Assembly (NCBI RefSeq): GCF_963921235.1
Contig: NC_086097.1
Location: forward strand, 208,880,001-208,944,000
DNA length: 64,000 nucleotides
Direction of reading: 5' to 3'
From: Mobula hypostoma
Taxonomy: Eukaryota
Part shown: positions 24,018 through 36,589 of the stretch, in pieces
Numbering within the stretch: the first letter of the stretch is position 1
How the letters are laid out: every line of letters begins with the position of its first letter
Translations under genes and position numbers: made by a program
Notes under the pieces: generated by a model
The model's input: the letters and a program-made list of their open reading frames with translations, nothing else
Told to the model about the DNA's origin: nothing
Database searches by the model: none

Positions 24018-27000
24018 CAGGTGTCCCCTGCTTTTCCAATGTTTGCTTTATGACACCTCGCTGTTACGAAAGACCTACATTAGCTACCTGTTCTCGCTAA
24101 CAGAAGGTGTTTTCACTGTTACGAAAAAGGCAGCGTGTGAAAAAAGGCAGCACATGAAAAAGGCAGCACGCGAAAAAAGGCAGCACACAAAAAAAGGTAG
24201 CGCATGCCCTGAGCAGCCAAGCTCCTCCCCCGGAACTGCATTCTAGCTGGCATTGCTTAAACACGTACCTGTGAGCATCTGTGCTTTAAGTCGATTTATT
24301 TTGAGTACAGGTGTCCCCCGCTTTTCGAACGTTCATTTTACGAAACCTTGCTGTTACGAAAGACCTACATCAGTTACCTGTTTTCGCTAACAGAAGGTGT
24401 TTTCACTGTTACGAGAAAGGGCAGCGTGTGAAAAAAGTAGCGCGCAAAGAAAAGCAGTGCGCCGCATGCCCCGAGCAGCCACTCTTCCCCGGATTCGGAA
24501 CATCATTCTTGCCGGCATTGCTTAAAGATGTGCCTGTGAGCAGCCGTTAGCAAGATGATTTCTAAGGTAACGGAAAAGCCTAAAAGAACTCGTACGGGTG
24601 TTGCACTTAGCGTAAAACTACACATAATTAAGCGTTTCGATCGTGGTGAACGAAGTAAGGACGAAGTGAGTTTGGCTTGTGGAAGTTGACGAAGATGATG
24701 TTGAAGAGGTTTTGGCATCCCATGATCAAGAACTGATAGATGAAGAGCTGATGCAATTGGAAGAGGAAAGGATAACAATCAAAACCGAATGCAGTAGTGA
24801 AAGTGAAGTCGTCCAGGAACTGAACGTGAAGCAACTGTGTGAGATTTTCGCTGCAATGATAAAGTACGACTTTAATTTTGAAAGGGTACGTCGGTTTAGG
24901 GCATATTTGCGGGATGGTTTGAGTGCTTACAAAGAACTGCATGATAGAAAAATGCGCGAGGCTCAGCAGTCAAGCATACTGTCGTTTTTCAAGACTTCCA
25001 CATCAGCCACAGCAGACAACGGACCTCGACCTTCAACATCGAGGCAGGCAGTCATCGAAGAAGATGACCTGCCTGCCCTGATCAACGATGAAATGACACC
25101 CCCGTGTCCCACCACCCCAACCCCCGGGCTGTGGACAGATACCGATTCGCGGAGAATGCAGCGGTAGCTGGGAGGCATCCAGCACATCTTTAAGAAAAAA
25201 GCCGAAATAAACAAGCTAATTAATTAGGTGCCACCCAGCACGTAAATGTTGGCCCAGATCAGAGGTGATTGCCGAGCCGATTGTGTCGCCTCTGATCTGG
25301 GCTGACATTTATGTGCCGGGCGGCACCTAATTAATTAGCTTGTTTATTTCGGCTTTTTTCTTAAAGATGTGCTGTGTGCGTCCCAGCCACCGCTGGACAA
25401 CTGCATTCTTCACGGATCGGTATCTGTTCGCTGCCCAGAGAGTGGGGGCCACTGCACCACCCAGCCTGCGACGACTCAGTCTAACACACCATTATCAGTG
25501 TGCTCGGCGCTGTTTTCCCAATTCCCGTAAGTGATATTACACTGTACATACATTATTTCTACTTTATATCGGCTGTGTATTCTTTCGTGTTATTTGGTAT
25601 GATTTGGCAGTTTCATAGCTTAAAGGTTACTGGAGAGCGCTTGCGCCATGCTTCTGCCGAGAGTGCTTGTGTGAGATTTTTGCTACGGAGGACAGTGCAG
25701 GCAATCATTGTAGAGAAGTATTTCTAATTTATATAGGCTGTGTATTTATCATATCATTCCTGCTTTTACTATATGTTACTGTTATTTTAGGTTTTACGTG
25801 TTGTTTGGCATGATTTGGTAGGTTATTTTTGGGTCTGTGAACGCTCACAAATTTATCCCATATAAATAAATGGTAACTACTTTTTCGCTTTACGACTTTC
25901 TGGCTTACGAACCGTTTCATAGGAACGCTGTACCTTCGGATGGCGGGGGAAACCTGTATCCGTTAGCAAGATGAGTTCTAAGGTATCGGAAAAGCCTAAA
26001 AGAGCTCATAAGGGTGTTACACTTAGCGTAAAACTAGACATAATTAAGCGTTTCAATCGTGGTGAACGAAGTAAGGACAAAGTGAGTTTGGCTTGTGGAA
26101 GTTGACGAAGATGATGTTGAAGAGGTTTTGGTTTCCCATAACCAAGACTGATAGATGAAGAGCTGATGCAATTGGAAGAGGAAAGGATAACAATCGAAAC
26201 CGAATGCAGTAGCGAACGGACCAAAACTGAAGTCGTCCAGGAACTGAACGTGAAGCAACTGCGTGAGATTTTCGCTGCAATGATTGCAGAAAAGTACGAC
26301 TTTAATTTTGAAAGGGTATGTAGGTTTAAGGCATATTTTCAGGATGGTTTGAGTGCTTACAAAGAACTGCATGATAGAAAAATGCGCAAGGCTAAGCAGT
26401 CAAGCATACTGTCATTTTTCAAGCCTTCCACATCAGCCACAGCAGACGACGAACATCGACCTTCTACATCGAGGCAGGCAGACATAGAAGAAGATGACCT
26501 GCCTGCCCTGATGGAAACAGACGACGATGAGATGACACCCCAGTGTCCCACCACCCCAACCTCCAACGGCTCAGGCTTACACACCATCATCAGTGTGCTC
26601 GCTGTCTTCCCGATTCCAGTAAGTACATACAGTATTTCTACTTTATATAGGCTATGTATTTTTATGTGTTATTTGGTATGATTTGGCAGCTTCATAGCTG
26701 AATGGTTACTGGAGAATGTGTTTCTGCCGAGAGCGCTTGTGCCGAGTGTTTCTGCCGAGAGCGCTTGCATGAGATTTTCGCTACGGTGGACAGTGCAATG
26801 ATTGCAGAAAAGTATTTCTACTTTATATAGGCTGTGTATTTATCATATCGTTCCTGCTTTTACTATATGTTACTGTTATTTTAGGTTTTATGTGTTATTT
26901 GGCATGATTTGGTAGGTTTTTTTTGGGTCTGCGAATGCTCACAAATTTTTCCCATATAAATAAATGGTAATTGCTTCTTCACTTTACAACGTTCCGGCTT

Positions 27001-27050
27001 ACGAACTGTTTCATAGGAACGCTCTATCTTTGGATGGCAGGGGAAACCTG
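24018..27050 (+). mobile_element. Non-autonomous Tigger/pogo-like element, copy 2 (outer; parts 24018-24307 and 25957-27050)
   Basis: TA|caggtgtcccctg ... gggaaacctg|TA; remnant MSSKVSEKPKR... and QSSILSFFK. Confidence 0.9.
24308..25956 (+). mobile_element. Non-autonomous Tigger/pogo-like element, copy 3 (inner, nested in copy 2)
   Basis: TA|caggtgtcccccg ... gggaaacctg|TA. ATG at 24555 gives MISKVTEKPKRTRTGVALSVKLHIIKRFDRGERSKD; ORF 24679-25167 is the acidic C-terminal region. Confidence 0.92.
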
Positions 27051-27763
27051 TACTGTATTCAGTGCTATGCTGTGATCATCCCTATATGGAGAGATCAAAT
27101 ACAGAAAAGTGATTGCTTTGCAGATGACATCTGCCCACTCTGCAAAGCTGACCATTCTAACAAAGTCCATACTAAAGCTAAGGAGCACCAATGCATCTTT
27201 AAGCTAGACTGGCTGCAGCCTTTGGGGCTCCAAACTGAATTCAACCATTTTAAGCAACCAACTTTTACAGTTTGGTTCAGAAATGGCAGGTTTATGATCA
27301 TCAACCTGTAATGCTAACTTGGTTATTTTTTTCTCTCTCTATAGATGCTGCCTGGCCTGATAAGTATTTACAATATTATCTTTTAGTAACCGATGTGCCA
27401 ACCTGTACAAAATGCATAAAAGATCAGCAGCCCCATTCTATGTCTTATTTGCCTTGGAATTTTAACCTTTAATCTCACTATTGGTCATTAACTAGCTTCT
27501 TTAAAAAGCCTGCCATGCATTTGAAGTAACCTGATATATTGGCTACTTTTTCTTTGCAAAGCTCCAGTGATTAGGTAGAGGGAATATACATGCCAACCAG
27601 GACCTCCTCATTGATAATGTACCTGCTATGATCTGTAAAATATACTGTTTTAAGCATGAACCTAATGAAACAAGAGTTTATTTTGTTTTAATGATTACAG
27701 GCATCCAGGCCTTAGGGAGATACGTGAAGTGAAACCACAAATCTATCAGCAATACCTACCTAC

Positions 27764-27829
27764 CTTCTCTGTTGGCTTCGTCGTATAATAAGCAAGCAGG
27801 TTAGAAAAAAAGTGCTGCAGAGATTCCAG
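27764..27829 (-). CDS. Candidate 66-bp internal coding exon (LESLQHFFSNLLAYYTTKPTEK), host gene unidentified
   Basis: Minus strand gtttccttctttcag|CTGGAA...GAGAAG|gtaggt has a strong acceptor and donor, phase 0-0 and an open frame, within a repeat-poor island. Confidence 0.55.
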
Positions 27830-30715
27830 CTGAAAGAAGGAAACAGATCCATATACATGTCCACCAATCATACCATTGTTATCATTCACAGCATGAGCTC
27901 AACTATATTTTACTTTAACACTAGCATTTCAAAGGTCTTCTATCTTCATATTCCTTTCATGTGTGCTGTGCTAATGCTAAAGGTATATGTTTGCTCTTTA
28001 ACAAAACACTGATAAGATAGGCTTCTGTGGACCTTTGGTGACATTTTGACCCCAGTTCACAACTTCGGTTTGTACCTTTATGGCTCTGTGATAGTAGGAT
28101 GTCGGCGTCCATTGAATATAGCCCTGACTATTTGTTTCTTTCTCTTTTTAAAGACGGGTAGCAGAAAAAAACTGACAAGACTTACTTTGTTTTAACTTGC
28201 TCTGTGATTGTGGAGTTACTGAGAAATGAAAGCAAGTGCTATGTCTGTCATTTCTTAAACACATCTGGATTGTAATCAATGTTTGCAACCCACAAAACAC
28301 GATTAAACACAAATTTGAAACTGGCTAAAATAGGATATCTGCAATAAATTCAAAAGCAGTTCCAACAATGGAGCAAGAGCAGCTTTAAGGAAATTCATGA
28401 CCACAACTTCTATAAAAATGTTGGCTTGAGTCTCCCATATTTGAATAAAATGGAGAGAAGGAAATAGTTATAACTGAAGATGGTGAAAGTGAGCGGTGGA
28501 GGAGTGGAGAGCTGAAAGCTAGTTTGCTTGGGAATTCGTTTCAAACTGTCTGCACACCTTTTCAGTTATTAAATTTATTTTCCAACTTTATGGTACCATA
28601 CCCCTGCAAAGTTGCCAGTTCTAGACTCAATCAGGCCTTTACCTTCATTAATTAACCCAACTTCTCCTCAGTTTTCCAGCAATAAATTTATCTTACAATT
28701 CTTTTAATGCAAAGTATTTTTATAGCTGCACTTTATAACACTCCATGATCGTTCTGATCCATGGCAAATTTAAAGTTCATTAAATGTAAATGCAAAAATT
28801 TTAAGACAAGAGAAAAAAACATTTACAAACAGTGATTTCTGGCAAATTATTCACACATAATTGAAAGTGCATAAAACAGAAAATCATGCCATTTACACTA
28901 TCCCTCGCTATTAAAGCCAATATTACATAACTATATTCAATTACTTTAATTCACTTGTTTCTACTTTAAATAACTTGAATGCCCTAATTCCCTTGAACAC
29001 CCACATTATACAATGTTCCACTTCAATGATTTTCGATAACCACCATAAAACACCCTACATTTACTGACTTGGAATTCCAGCAGCTATTTTTTCTATTCCA
29101 TCATTTTAACAATATACTGCATTTGCAGTTTTCTTTGTAAGTAATTACAGTGCTTCTTATTTGAAACTTATCTGGAATTTTTTGACCACTTCCTCTGTCT
29201 AGATCAATATCCAAATAATTTTGCTACCCAAAGTGGTCTCAGGAAAAAAATATCACTCACATAATAATATTCTTAAGAGCCAGAGAAGAATTCTAACCAT
29301 TTCATCTCGCTCAACCTGACAAGAACGCTATGAATAAAGATTTAAGGTGTCAGGGGGGATTGTGCTGCATTTGAAATAATCTGAGGTCAGGCATAGGAAG
29401 AAGATTTACATAGAAATGCAGGAGCTTAATTTAAATGGAGGTGCATTTTTCTTTAACTATAGATCAGAATCAGAATTAGGTTTATTATAATTGACATACT
29501 AACAAAGATTAGTCTCAAACCATGAACAAAAGCTAGTGGCATTTGGAATATGGTACTAGATATCTTACTATGTTCTTCATAACAAAATTATAGTTTCTTA
29601 CAGGTTGACAGGAGCATGATTGTTATTGAAAAGTTAACAAGGATATTGGACCGAACTGTTTTATCTCCCTCTCTTCCAACTTTATCACTCTTTCTCTCCA
29701 CCTATCTTCGTATCAGCCTCAAACTTTGCCACAAGGCCATCAATTCCTTTATGCAAATCATTGATATATACAGTTGAAGTCAGAAATTTACATATACCTC
29801 AGCCAAATACATTTAAACTCAGTTTTTCACAATTCCTGACATTTAATCCTAGAAAACATTCCCTGTCTTAGGTCAGTTAGGATCACCACTTTATTTTAAG
29901 AATGTGAAATGTCAGAATAATAGTAGAGAGAATGATTTATTTCAGCTTTTATTTCTTTCATCACTTTCCCAGTGGGTCAGAAGTTTACATACACTTTGTT
30001 AGTATTTGGTAGAATTGCCTTTAAATTGTTTAACTTGGGTCAAACGTTTTGGGTAGCCTTTCACAAGCTTCTCACAGTAAGTTGCTGGAATTTTGTTCCA
30101 TTCCTCCAGACAAAACTTGTGTAACTGAGTCAAGTTTGTAGGCCTCCTTACTCGCACATACTTTTTCAGTTCTGCCCACAAATCTTCGATTGGATTGAGG
30201 TCAGAAAATGATTTCAAGTCTGGTTCATCCTTGGGAGCAATTTCCAAACGCCTGAAGGTACCATGTTCATCTGTACAAACAATAGTACGCAAGTATAAAC
30301 ACCATGGGACCACGCAGCCGTCATACTGCTCAGGAAGGAGACGTGTTCTGTCTCCTAGAGATGAATGTACTTTTGCATGAAAAGTGCAAATCAATCCCAG
30401 AACAACAGCAAAGGATCTTGTGATGATGCTGGAGGAAATAGGTGGACAAGTATCTATATCCACAGTAAAACGAGTCGTATATTGACATAACCTGAAAGGC
30501 TGCTCAGCAAGGAAGAAGCTGCTGCTCCAAAACCACCATAAAAAAGCCAGACCACAGTTTGAAAGTGCACATGGGGACAAAGATCTTACTTTTTGGATAA
30601 ATGTACTCTGGTCTCATGAAACAAAAATTGAACTGTTTGGCCATAATGACCATCGTTATGTTTGGAGGAAAAACGGTGAGGCTTGCAAGCCGAAGAACAC
30701 CATCCCAACCATGAA

Positions 30716-33700
30716 ACATAGAAACATAGAAAATAGGTGCAGGAGTAGGCCATTCGGCCCTTCGAGCCTGTACCGCCATTAATTATGATCATGGCTAATC
30801 ATCCAACTCAGAACCCCACCCCAGCCTTCCCTCCATACCCCCTGACCCCCGTAGCCACAAGGGCTATATCTAACTCCCTCTTAAGTATAGCCATTGAACT
30901 GGCCTCACCTGTTTCCTGTGGCAGAGAATTCCACAGATTCACCACTCTCTGTGTGAAGAAGTTTTTCATAATCTCTGTCCTAAAAGGCTTCCCCCATATC
31001 CTCAAACTGTGTCCCCTCATTCTGGACTTCCCCAACATCGGGAACAATCTTCCTGCATCTAGCCTGTCCAATCCCTTTAGGATTTTATACGTTTCAATCA
31101 GATCCCCCCTCAATCTTCTAAATTCCAGCGAGTACAAGCCCAGTTCATCCAGTCTTTCTTCATATGAAAGTCCTGCCATCCCAGGAATCAATCTGGTGAA
31201 CCTTCTTTGTACTCCCTCTATGGTAAGGATGTCTTTCCTCAGATTAGGGGACCAAAACTGCACACAATACTCCAGGTGTAGTCTCACCAAGGCCTTGTAC
31301 AACTGCAGTAGTACCTCCCTGCTCCTGTACTCGAATCCTCTCGCTATAAATGCCAGCATACCATTCGCCTTTTTCACCGCCTGCTGTACCTGCATGCCCA
31401 CTTTCAATGACTGGTGTATAATGACACCCAGGTCTCGTTGCACCTCCCCTTTTCCTAATCGGCCACCATTCAGATAATAATCTGTTTTCCTATTTTTGTC
31501 ACCAAAGTGGATAACTTCACATTTATCCACATTAAATTGCATCTGCCATGAATTTGCCCACTCACCCAACCTATCCAAGTCACCCTGCATTCTCTTAGCA
31601 TCCTCCTCACAGCTAACACTGCCACCCAGCTTCGTGTCATCTGCAAACTTGGAGATGCTGCATTCAATTCCCTCATCCAAGTCATTAATATATATTGTAA
31701 ACAACTGGGGTCCCAGCACTGAGCCTTGCGGTACCCCACTAGTCACCGCCTGCCATTCTGAAAAGGTTCCGTTTATTCCCACTCTTTGCTTCCTGTCTGC
31801 TAACCAATTCTCCACCCACACCAATACCTTACCCCCAATACCGTGTGCTTTAAGTTTGCACACTAATCTCCTGTGTGGGACCTTGTCAAAAGCCTTTTGA
31901 AAATCCAAATATACCACATCCACTGGTTCTCCCCTATCCACTCTACAAGTTACATCCTCAAAAAATTCTATGAGATTCGTCAGACATGATTTTCCTTTCA
32001 CAAATCCATGCTGACTTTGTCCGATGATTTCACCGCTTTCCAAATATGCTGTTATCACATCCTTGATAACTGACTCCAGCAGTTTCCCCACCACCGACGT
32101 TAGGCTAACCGGTCTATAATTCCCCGCTTTCTCTCTCCCTCCTTTTTTAAAAAGTGGGGTTACATTAGCCACCCTCCAATCCTCAGGAACTAGTTCAGAA
32201 TCTAACGAGTTTTTGAAAAATTATCACTAATGCATTCACTATTTCTTGGGCTACTTCCTTAAGCACTCTCTAGGATGCAGACCATCTGGCCCTGGGGATT
32301 TATCTGCCTTCAATCCCTTCAATTTACCTAACACCACTTCCCTACTAACATGTATTTCGCTCAGTTCCTCCATCTCACTGGACCCTCTGTCCCCTACTAT
32401 TTCTGGAAGATTATTTATGTCCTCCTTAGTGAAGACAGAACCAAAGTAATTATTCAATTGGTCTGCCATGTCCTTGCTCCCAATAATCAATTCACCTGTT
32501 TCTGTCTGCAGGGGACCTACATTTGTCTTTACCAGTCTTTTCCTTTTTACATATCTATAAAAGCTTTTACAGTCAGTTTTTATGTTCCCTGCCAGTTTTC
32601 TCTCATAATCTTTTTTCCCCTTCCTAATTAAGCCCTTTGTCCTCCTCTGCTGAACTCTGAATTTCTCCCAGTCCTCAGGTGAGCCACTTTCTCTGGCTAA
32701 TTTGTATGCTTCTTCTTTGGAATTGATACTATCCCTAATTTCTCTTGTCAGCCACGGGTGCACTACCTTCCTTGATTTATTCTTTTGCCAAACTGGGATG
32801 AACAATTGTTGTAGTTCATCCATGCAACCTTTAAATGCTTGCCATTGCATATCCACCGTCAATCCTTTAAGTGTCATTTGCCAGTCTATCTTAGCTAATT
32901 CACATTTCATACCTTCAAAGTTACTCCTCTTTAAGTTCAGAACCTTTGTTTCTGAATTAACTATGTCACTCTCCATCTTAATGAAGAATTCCACCATATT
33001 GTGGTCACTCTTACCCAAGGGGCCTCTCACGACAAGATTGCTAATTAACTCTTCCTCATTGCTCAAAATCCAGTCCAGAATAGCCTGCTCTCTAGTTCGT
33101 TCCTCGACATGTTGGTTCAAAAAACCATCCCGCATACATTCCAAGAAATCCTCTTCCTCAGCACCTTTATCAATTTGGTTCACGCAATCTACATGTAGAT
33201 TGAAGTCACCCAATATAACTGCTGTTCCTTTATTGCACACAGTTCTAATTTCCTGTTTAATACCATCTCCGACCTCACTACTACTGTTAGGTGGCCTGTA
33301 CACAACTCCCAACAGCGTCTTCTGCCCCTTAGTGTTATGCAGCTCTACCCATATCGATTCCACATCTTCCTGGCTCATGTCCTTCCTTTCTATTGCGTTA
33401 ATCTCTTCTTTAACCGGCAATGCCACCCCACCTCCCCTTCCTTCATGTCTATCCCTCCTGAATATTGAATATCCCTGAACGTTGAGCTCCCATCCCTGGT
33501 CACCCTGGAGTATGTCACTGTGATCCCAACTATATCATAATCATTAATAACAATCTGCACTTTCAATTCATCCACCTTATTACGAATGCTCCTTGCATTG
33601 ACACACAAAGCCTTCAGGCGCTCTTTTACAACTCTCTTAACCCTTATACAATTATGTTGAAAAGTGGCCCTTTTTAATGCTTGCCCTGGATTTGTTGGCC

Positions 33701-33969
33701 TGCCACTTTTACTTTTCTCCTTTGTACTTTTTGCTTCTACCCTCACTTTACACCCCTCTGTCTCTCTGCACTGGTTCCCATCCCCCTGTTGTGAACTAAC
33801 TTCCTCACGCCTAGCCTCTTTAATTTGATTCCCACCCCCCAACCATTCTAGTTTAAAGTCACCTCAGTAGCCCCCGCTAATCTCCCTGCCAGGATATTGG
33901 TCCCCCTAGGATTCAAGTGTAACCCGTCCTTTTTGTACAGGTCACGCCTGCGCCAAAAGAGGTCCCAAT
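30716..33969 (-). mobile_element. Young CR1-clade LINE: ORF1 3' end, complete-length frameshifted ORF2 (APE endonuclease plus RT) and 3' UTR
   Basis: ORF1 end WDLFWRRRDLYKKDGLHLN...* (stop at 33848). ORF2 pieces CVNARSIRNK, VVYRPP, GDFN, SDHN, KAFDKVPH, GVPQGSVLGP and FADDTK. (TTTCTATG)n tail. Confidence 0.97.
30808..33842 (-). pseudogene. CR1 ORF2 (endonuclease/reverse transcriptase) in three frameshifted pieces: 33390-33842, 32251-33426, 30808-32172
   Basis: ORF-track peptides are collinear with CR1 ORF2. The 454-aa piece holds the uninterrupted RT domain. Confidence 0.93.
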
Positions 33970-36589
33970 GCATGGGGTGGCAGCATCATGTTGTGGAGGT
34001 GCTTTGCTGCAGGAGGGACTGGTGCACTTCACAAAATAGATGGCATCATGAGGAAGGAAAATTATGTGGATGTATTGAAGCAACATCTCAAGACATCAAC
34101 CAGGAAGTTAAAGCTTGGTTGCAATTGGGTCTTCCAAATGGACCATGACCCCAAGCATACCTCCAAAGTTGTGGCAAAATTGCTTAAAGACAATAAAGTC
34201 AAGGTATTGGAGTAGCCATCACAAAGCCCTGACTTCAATCTGATAGAAAATTTGTGGGCAGAACTGAAAAAGCGTGTGCAAGCAAGGAGGCCTACAAACC
34301 TGACTCAGTTACACCAGTTCTGTCTGGAGGAATGGAACAAAATTCCAGCAACTTACTGTGAGAAGCTTTTGGAAGGCAACTCAAAATGTTTGACCCAAGT
34401 TAAACAATTTAAAGGCAATTCTACCAAATACTAACAAAGTGTATGTAAACTTCTGACCCATTGAGAAAGTGATGAAAGAAATAAAAGCTAAAATAAATCA
34501 TCCTCTCTACTATTCTGACATTTCACATTCTTAAAATAAAGTAGTGATCCTAACTAACCTAGGACAGGGATTGTTTTCTAGGATTAAATGTCAGGAATTG
34601 TGAAAAACTGAGTTTAAATGTATTTGGCTAAGGTGTATGTAAACTTCTGACTTCAACTGTAATATAAAAAGAAACAGACCCCTGTGGAACACCACTAGTC
34701 ATTGGCAGCTAACCAAAAAAGGTTCCCTTTGTTCCCACTCCTTGCCTCCTGCCAATCAGCCACTATTTTATCCATCCTAGAATCTTTGCTGTAATGCCAT
34801 GAGCTCTTAACTTGTTAAGCAGCCTCATGTGTGGCACCTTGTCAAAGGCCTTCTGAAAATCCAAGTACACAACATCCACCAATTCTCCTTTGTATATCCT
34901 GCTTGTTATTTCTTCAAACAATTCCAACAGATCTGTCAGACAAGATTTTCCCTTGAGGAAACCATGCTGACTATGGTCTATTTTATCGTGCGCCTCCAAG
35001 TACCCTGAAACCACATCCTTAACAATCGACTGTAAAACCTTCCCAACCACTGAGGTCAGACTAACTGGCTTATAATTTCCTTTCTTCTGCCTGTCTCCCT
35101 CTTGAAATACTTCCATGAGTCTCTATAAAGTTTGACCCCCTCCTGCTGATATCACCATTAATTAATCAGAATCAGGCTTATTATCACTGACATATATCAT
35201 GAAATTTGCAGCAGTCAGCAGAACAGAGCAATACATAAAATATGCTATAAATTATAGTAAGAAATATATATGAAAAAATAAATACCTATTGCAAAATGTG
35301 AGCAAAGTTAGTGAGGTTGTGTTCATGGGTTCATTGGTCATTATTCCAACCTAAAAAATGGGTAAAACTTTTATTTTCTTTTGCTCATTTAATTTTCTAA
35401 GGTTTGTTTTAATGTATTTCTTTTTCCATCTAAACATGAAGTCTACTAATAATATGATCTCTATTCCTAAAACATTCAACCATATTTTTCTAACTTTTTT
35501 CACGCATAATCAATTGACTTTAATGCTGCCTTGTATTCTCAGGTTTGGAGCTTCAGTAACCTCAGCTGGAGAAACTTCCTGCAGATGTTCTTGTCCAAAT
35601 TGACATCTGCTATTTGGAACTCCTTTATCCTGTAAGAACCATATATCAGAAACTTTTCCTTTATTTCTATTATTAATGTAGATACTTATTACGAATTAGT
35701 TAAGTTCATATTCTTAACTACTTAAACCTTTCATTTAACAACACTGGTGCTTTTACTTTAGCTCTACATTAACACACTTGTCAAACTCCCAATACAGGGG
35801 TATTGTTTCCAATCTCATTCCACCACCCCCATGTGATATCCTGCATTGGTATCTATTCAATTGTAGTTCAATTGTAATTAATCTGATCCTCTTTAATGCC
35901 CCAAGATGAAGTTTTTCAGATGAAATATTAACGCAAGATCTTGTCCACTCTCTAAAGTGAATGTAACAGATAATTATTTCACAGAAGACTGGGTGAGTTT
36001 TCCCTGATCTTTTAAACTATATTTATCTATCACTCAACATTGCTAAAAAAAAGATACCCTGTAATTATCATACTGCTATTTGTGGCATCTCCCCGCTTAC
36101 AAATTAACTGCCATGTTTACATGGCCACCATTTTTCATTGGCTCCAAACCACTATGGTTTGTCCTGAAGTGTGAAATATTTGAATATGTATTGCCTGCCA
36201 TTCTTTCCCTGCGACATTTTAGTATGACACAGGGAATGAAAAACTATTTCTGTAAAAGTAGGGTTACTCTGAAGTGCCTTTAAGAAATACCAATCAAAAT
36301 ACAATGATACTCCATTGTAGCATTATGACATATTTTGTGTTGAACTGCACAGAATATAAAACCCAGAGAACAGATTGTACGGATAATACGAGCAGCCCAG
36401 TGGGAATGGGATGGATGAGAGTTGGATGGTTAGATGTCTTAAGGATGCAATTTTATTTTCAGACACAGGCAGACATTCCTTCCTAAAGGATGGGATTTAC
36501 TTCAAACACCAAGCTGTATTCCCATGAAGTTACATTTGAACAAGACTCCAAGAATTACAAACTCATGAAAGGGATTTGGTGCCAACCAA

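Larger units (their letters stand above)
23800..27385 (+). mobile_element. Old Penelope-like GIY-YIG relic split by a Tigger-like insertion (parts ~23800-24017 and 27051-27385)
   Basis: Joined flanks read QGRKCSSQMKQQFNFTSSSLL|YCIQC..., later LQPLGLQTEFNHF, then the tail atagatgctgcctggcctg. Confidence 0.75.
30212..34434 (+). pseudogene. Tc1 (Sleeping Beauty-like) transposase pseudogene, parts 30212-30715 and 33970-34434
   Basis: N-terminus missing, internal stops (e.g. 30378-30380, 34213-34215), first catalytic Asp replaced (WSHETK), split by CR1. Confidence 0.9.
29771..34659 (+). mobile_element. Sleeping Beauty-like Tc1 IR/DR transposon, inactivated, interrupted by CR1
   Basis: TA|cagttgaagtc ... 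gacttcaactg|TA. Transposase remnants KSGSSLGAISKRLKVP...YKHHGTTQPSY.SGRRRVLSPRDE, FQMDHDPKHTSKVVAK and RRPTNLTQLHQ...KQFKGNSTKY*. Confidence 0.95.
29697..35105 (-). mobile_element. Old CR1 RT fragment split by the Tc1 (parts ~29697-29770 and 34660-35105)
   Basis: NYKPVSLTSVVGK...VYLDFQKAFDKVPH (34763-35116). The joined flanks continue into YINDL...AKF. Confidence 0.8.

Noticed and set aside
24125..24200. Short tandem aaaaaggcagc units resembling an array
   Set aside because: Sub-terminal repeats inside the Tigger-like element. There are no unique spacers or cas genes, so it is not CRISPR.
29999..30580. 193-aa minus-strand ORF ending in a Tc1 C-terminus
   Set aside because: Chimaera of antisense transposase and the inverted right end, not a gene.
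30785..33478. Long plus-strand ORFs (230, 134 and 258 aa)
   Set aside because: Antisense shadows of CR1 ORF2.
35543..35631. Plus-strand AG...GT segment with one open frame
   Set aside because: 89 nt, unrecognisable peptide, opposite strand to the better exon candidate; plausibly chance.
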